A DNA stretch of 64,000 bases. Source: Azolla caroliniana. Lineage: Eukaryota > Plantae > Polypodiophyta. This document shows, in pieces, positions 60,633 to 64,000 of the stretch; positions within the stretch are counted from its first letter, which is position 1, and each line of letters begins with the position of its first letter. The translations under genes were made by a program, and so were the position numbers. The stretch is taken from positions 12,648,001 to 12,712,000 of the forward strand of contig JBHGNT010000017.1 of NCBI GenBank assembly GCA_043228905.1, in the 5' to 3' direction. Under the pieces are notes generated by a model that was given only the letters and a program-made list of their open reading frames with translations, did not search any database and was not told the DNA's origin.

Positions 60633-63600
60633 CGAGGTTTTGGACTAGGAGAAAGAAAAATATGAGATGAGGCTAGTAATGAATAGATTATTAGAAAGAG
60701 AGATAGAAATTTCGTGAATCCCACGAGTGTATTGTATTCGATTAATCAATATTTAGATAAGAATATGTATTTAGATTGAAAGAAAGATATAAGAAACTTG
60801 TGAATCCCACAAGTATAGCTTATATTATTTTCGTGAATCCCACGATTATATTAAGCGGTTGGTGTTTTCGGAAATATATCCAATTTCCAAATATTTCACA
60901 CACCTATTACATTGTGCTCCCCATCCTTATGTAGTGATGGGAGAGACTAAGCATAACTACATGCTTTTTCTAATATGTTCATGCACACTAAATGTGCATG
61001 TGATGCTTTTCTAATCCTTGCTTTTATTTGCTAAATATAGTGCTCATGCACGCTAGATGTGCATGAGTCACTTTTTAGTCGCTTGCGTTTTTCTATAAAA
61101 TATTCACGCACTCTAAAAATGCATGATTTACCTTTTAATAAAGGTAGGCGCAAATAAAGCAGTTATAGTTATTAAATCTATTTATAGAACACTAAAGATA
61201 AGGTAGCATAATGGTAAAGTTGAGGTTTGGCTACGTGGAGGTACAAGGTTCAAATCTTGCCCTATGCACGTGATAAATATCTTGATATTCTTATTTTATT
61301 TATTTATATGTAATTAAATCGGTTATATTATTTTTACTTTTTCACGTAGTGTACGAAATACACTACGACACTCGCCCCCTCCGAACCCGCACATCCTCCG
61401 GTATGTGCCGAAGTTGCCGATGCTCGTTGTCTCCCCTTCATCCTCCGTTTGTCCCGCTATGTCAACTTTGTCTCTCCATTTTGAGTAGACCCATTCTTTC
61501 CACGCGAACCATTGTCGCCATCCGATCCACCATATTCTTTGTTCTCTCTCATCATATTCTTGGCCCTTGTCATTCGTGGTAGTGTCTTTTATTGGCCTCT
61601 TTCTTGTCTTCATCAACCTTGACTTTTTTCCGGATCGCTCTCGTCCGATCGACTTTCGGTTTGATCGGCTTCCGATCGGATTCGTATTCGGCCGAATCGG
61701 AATCGGTTGTTCGGTTTCGATTGAGTTGGTCTCCTTCCGGCTCGGTTTCGATCTATCGGTTTCGGTTTCGGTTGGCTTTCTTTTCCTCATTTTCACCAGC
61801 CTCGACCGGTCCAACCTCCGGTTGTGTCGGATTAGCTTCTTTCCGGATCGGTCTCGTCCGATTGGCTTTCGGCTAGGTCGGCTTCCATCCATATTTGCGT
61901 TTGGCCAAGTCAGACTCAGTCGATCGTTTTTGACCGAGTCGACCCCTTTTCGGGTCGGCTTTCTTTCGGGTCGTCTTTCGGCCGAATCCTCATTCGCCCG
62001 GTTCGGCTTTCGTTTGTGTCGTCTTTCGGCCGAATTCTCTTCCTTTCGGTTCGGCTTTCTTTCGGGTCGACTTTTGGTCGAATCCTCTTTTACCCGGTTC
62101 GGCTTTCTTTCGGATCAGAATCCCGTCCGGATCACCTTCCATCCAAACCGGCTTCCGACTTTACCTTTCTTGCTGCCACCTCCCGTCTCTCCCGTCTCAC
62201 GTTGGTTCTCGGACACAACTGCCGAAGTCTCTAGAATTAGTGGGTAGGAATCCTCGGTATTATCATCCTCCATTGTTTCACCCATAGCCATATTCTCGGC
62301 TATCTCTCCGTCGTATGCATCGACTTCGACCTTTGTTTTCTCTCCGCCACCTTCCGTCTCTTCGGTCTCACGTTGCCTTTCGAACGCAACCGCCGGAGTC
62401 TCTAGAATTAGTGGTGGGGAAGTCTCGATATGGCCATCCGTCGTTGATTCGTCCATAGCCACCTTCAATTCGATGTCATCTTTCGTGGTGACCTCCTCAA
62501 TCAAGTCCTCCTTGCTCTCTTTCACTGCATCAATTATGCTTACCCTTTTTTCACCCGATGTTTCGGACACTTGTATTCTGAAATCTTCTTCTACACTTGG
62601 GTTATCGGCCTTATCCTTCGCCATCGTTCTTTCGCAAGACAAGAGGGTAGCTTGTTTTACACCCTCTTCCGTCGCACCATCATGTTGTATTTCGGCCTTC
62701 ATATCGGCTCCATCGTTTGTCTTCAATCGACCATCCTTCATCGGCCATGTCGTTGACAAGATTCTCATCTTCCTCTCATCATGTCTCCGGCATACCCTTT
62801 GGACTTCGGCCCAATCTTCGGTAAGACCATTCGTACCTTCATCGTCTTCGAGTTTGATCCCGATGTCCATCCTTTCTTTTCGATCGATCGATTTTACGAA
62901 CATTAGGACTTTATCCTCCCCCACCAATCGTTGTTCCCGCTCCGAGAGTCGAGCAAGACGATGCTCGAACTCTAGGAATGCTTGTGTTGCACTTTGGTGG
63001 GTCTTCTCCGATGCCACCCATTCATCGAACTCTCGCCGATCTCGTCCCTTCGGTCTATCGTAATCATATGCCTCTCGTAAAGCTCCTTCAAAGGACCCCC
63101 ATGTTGGGTTTTGTTGCCGTATCTTGTAGATTCTTTCTTGTAACTCATCCGTGGCTACCCGATTGAAGGATATCACTTGCAATCCTTCCGGTGTCCCACA
63201 TCGCATCATCTCCCCTTTGTAGTCATGTAGATAGCGTGACACATCATTTCCGTTGAATTGTCCGTTTCGTTGTACGAGCCGCTTTACTGCCCCCGTGATC
63301 TCCGACATCGCTCGTTGTTCTTGTAGCATCCGCTCGAACATCAACATCATCGTTATGCTCATTGCCTCTTGTTGATTCTCCATCTCCTTGCCACCCGCCT
63401 TCACGTCGGGTTCACCAACTGTGTCGTGCCTTTCGGCTCCAGATCGTTGCGTGAGTCGGGTGGGAACCGCCGAGGTTTTGGACTAGGAGAAAGAAAAATA
63501 TGAGATGAGGCTAGTAATGAATAGATTATTAGAAAGAGAGATAGAAATTTCGTGAATCCCACGAGTGTATTGTATTCGATTAATCAATATTTAGATAAGA

Positions 63601-64000
63601 ATATGTATTTAGATTGAAAGAAAGATATAAGAAACTTGTGAATCCCACAAGTATAGCTTATATTATTTTCGTGAATCCCACGATTATATTAATCGGTTGG
63701 TGTTTTCGGAAATATATCCAATTTCCAAATATTTCACACACCTATTACATTGTGCTCCCCATCCTTATGTAGTGATGGGAGAGACTAAGCATAACTACAT
63801 GCTTTTTCTAATATGTTCATGCACACTAAATGTGCATGTGATGCTTTTCTAATCCTTGCTTTTATTTGCTAAATATAGTGCTCATGCACGCTAGATGTGC
63901 ATGAGTCACTTTTTAGTCGCTTGCGTTTTTCTATAAAATATTCACGCACTCTAAAAATGCATGATTTACCTTTTAATAAAGGTAGGCGCAAATAAAGCAG
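60584..64000 (-). mobile_element. Gag-only LTR element D3 (inverted): 3' LTR 60584-61370, PBS 63400-63417, 5' LTR from 63422 running off the window
   Basis: LTRs nearly identical over the visible part; PPT complement CTCGCCCCCTCC at 61371; ORF homologous to D1. Confidence 0.95.
61323..63383 (-). pseudogene. Gag-like ORF of D3 with one premature stop (CGA>TGA at 62115-62117)
   Basis: ORFs 62115..63404 and 61323..61892 are in the same frame; D1 has CGA at this codon. The frame runs through a Trp-rich motif and the PPT into the LTR. Confidence 0.85.

Overview
Eukaryotic, plant-type heterochromatic DNA made almost entirely of nested LTR retrotransposons. I see no host gene, rRNA, true tRNA or CRISPR. 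A bryophyte origin is plausible but is only inference. Contents: (A) Tnt1-like Ty1/copia family with two very young full-length copies (22282-27929, minus, one frameshift; 35101-40554, plus, intact 1358-aa gag-pol), an old copy, a solo LTR and fragments. (B) A second, decayed copia family with an extra 3' segment between two PPTs. (C) Three chromodomain-bearing Ty3/gypsy elements, two of which lack a tRNA PBS and show Tf1-like self-priming geometry. (D) A tRNA-Trp-primed LTR clade encoding only a Gag-like domain fused to acidic and basic low-complexity tails; it forms a >10-kb head-to-tail and tail-to-tail array (53830-64000) whose junctions all fall at the start of the PBS. There is also one hAT-like MITE. 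Most striking: five otherwise dissimilar gypsy-side LTR types all carry an antisense tRNA-like A-box/B-box module with tRNA spacing near their 5' end. All coordinates were read by eye; family labels A-D are my own.
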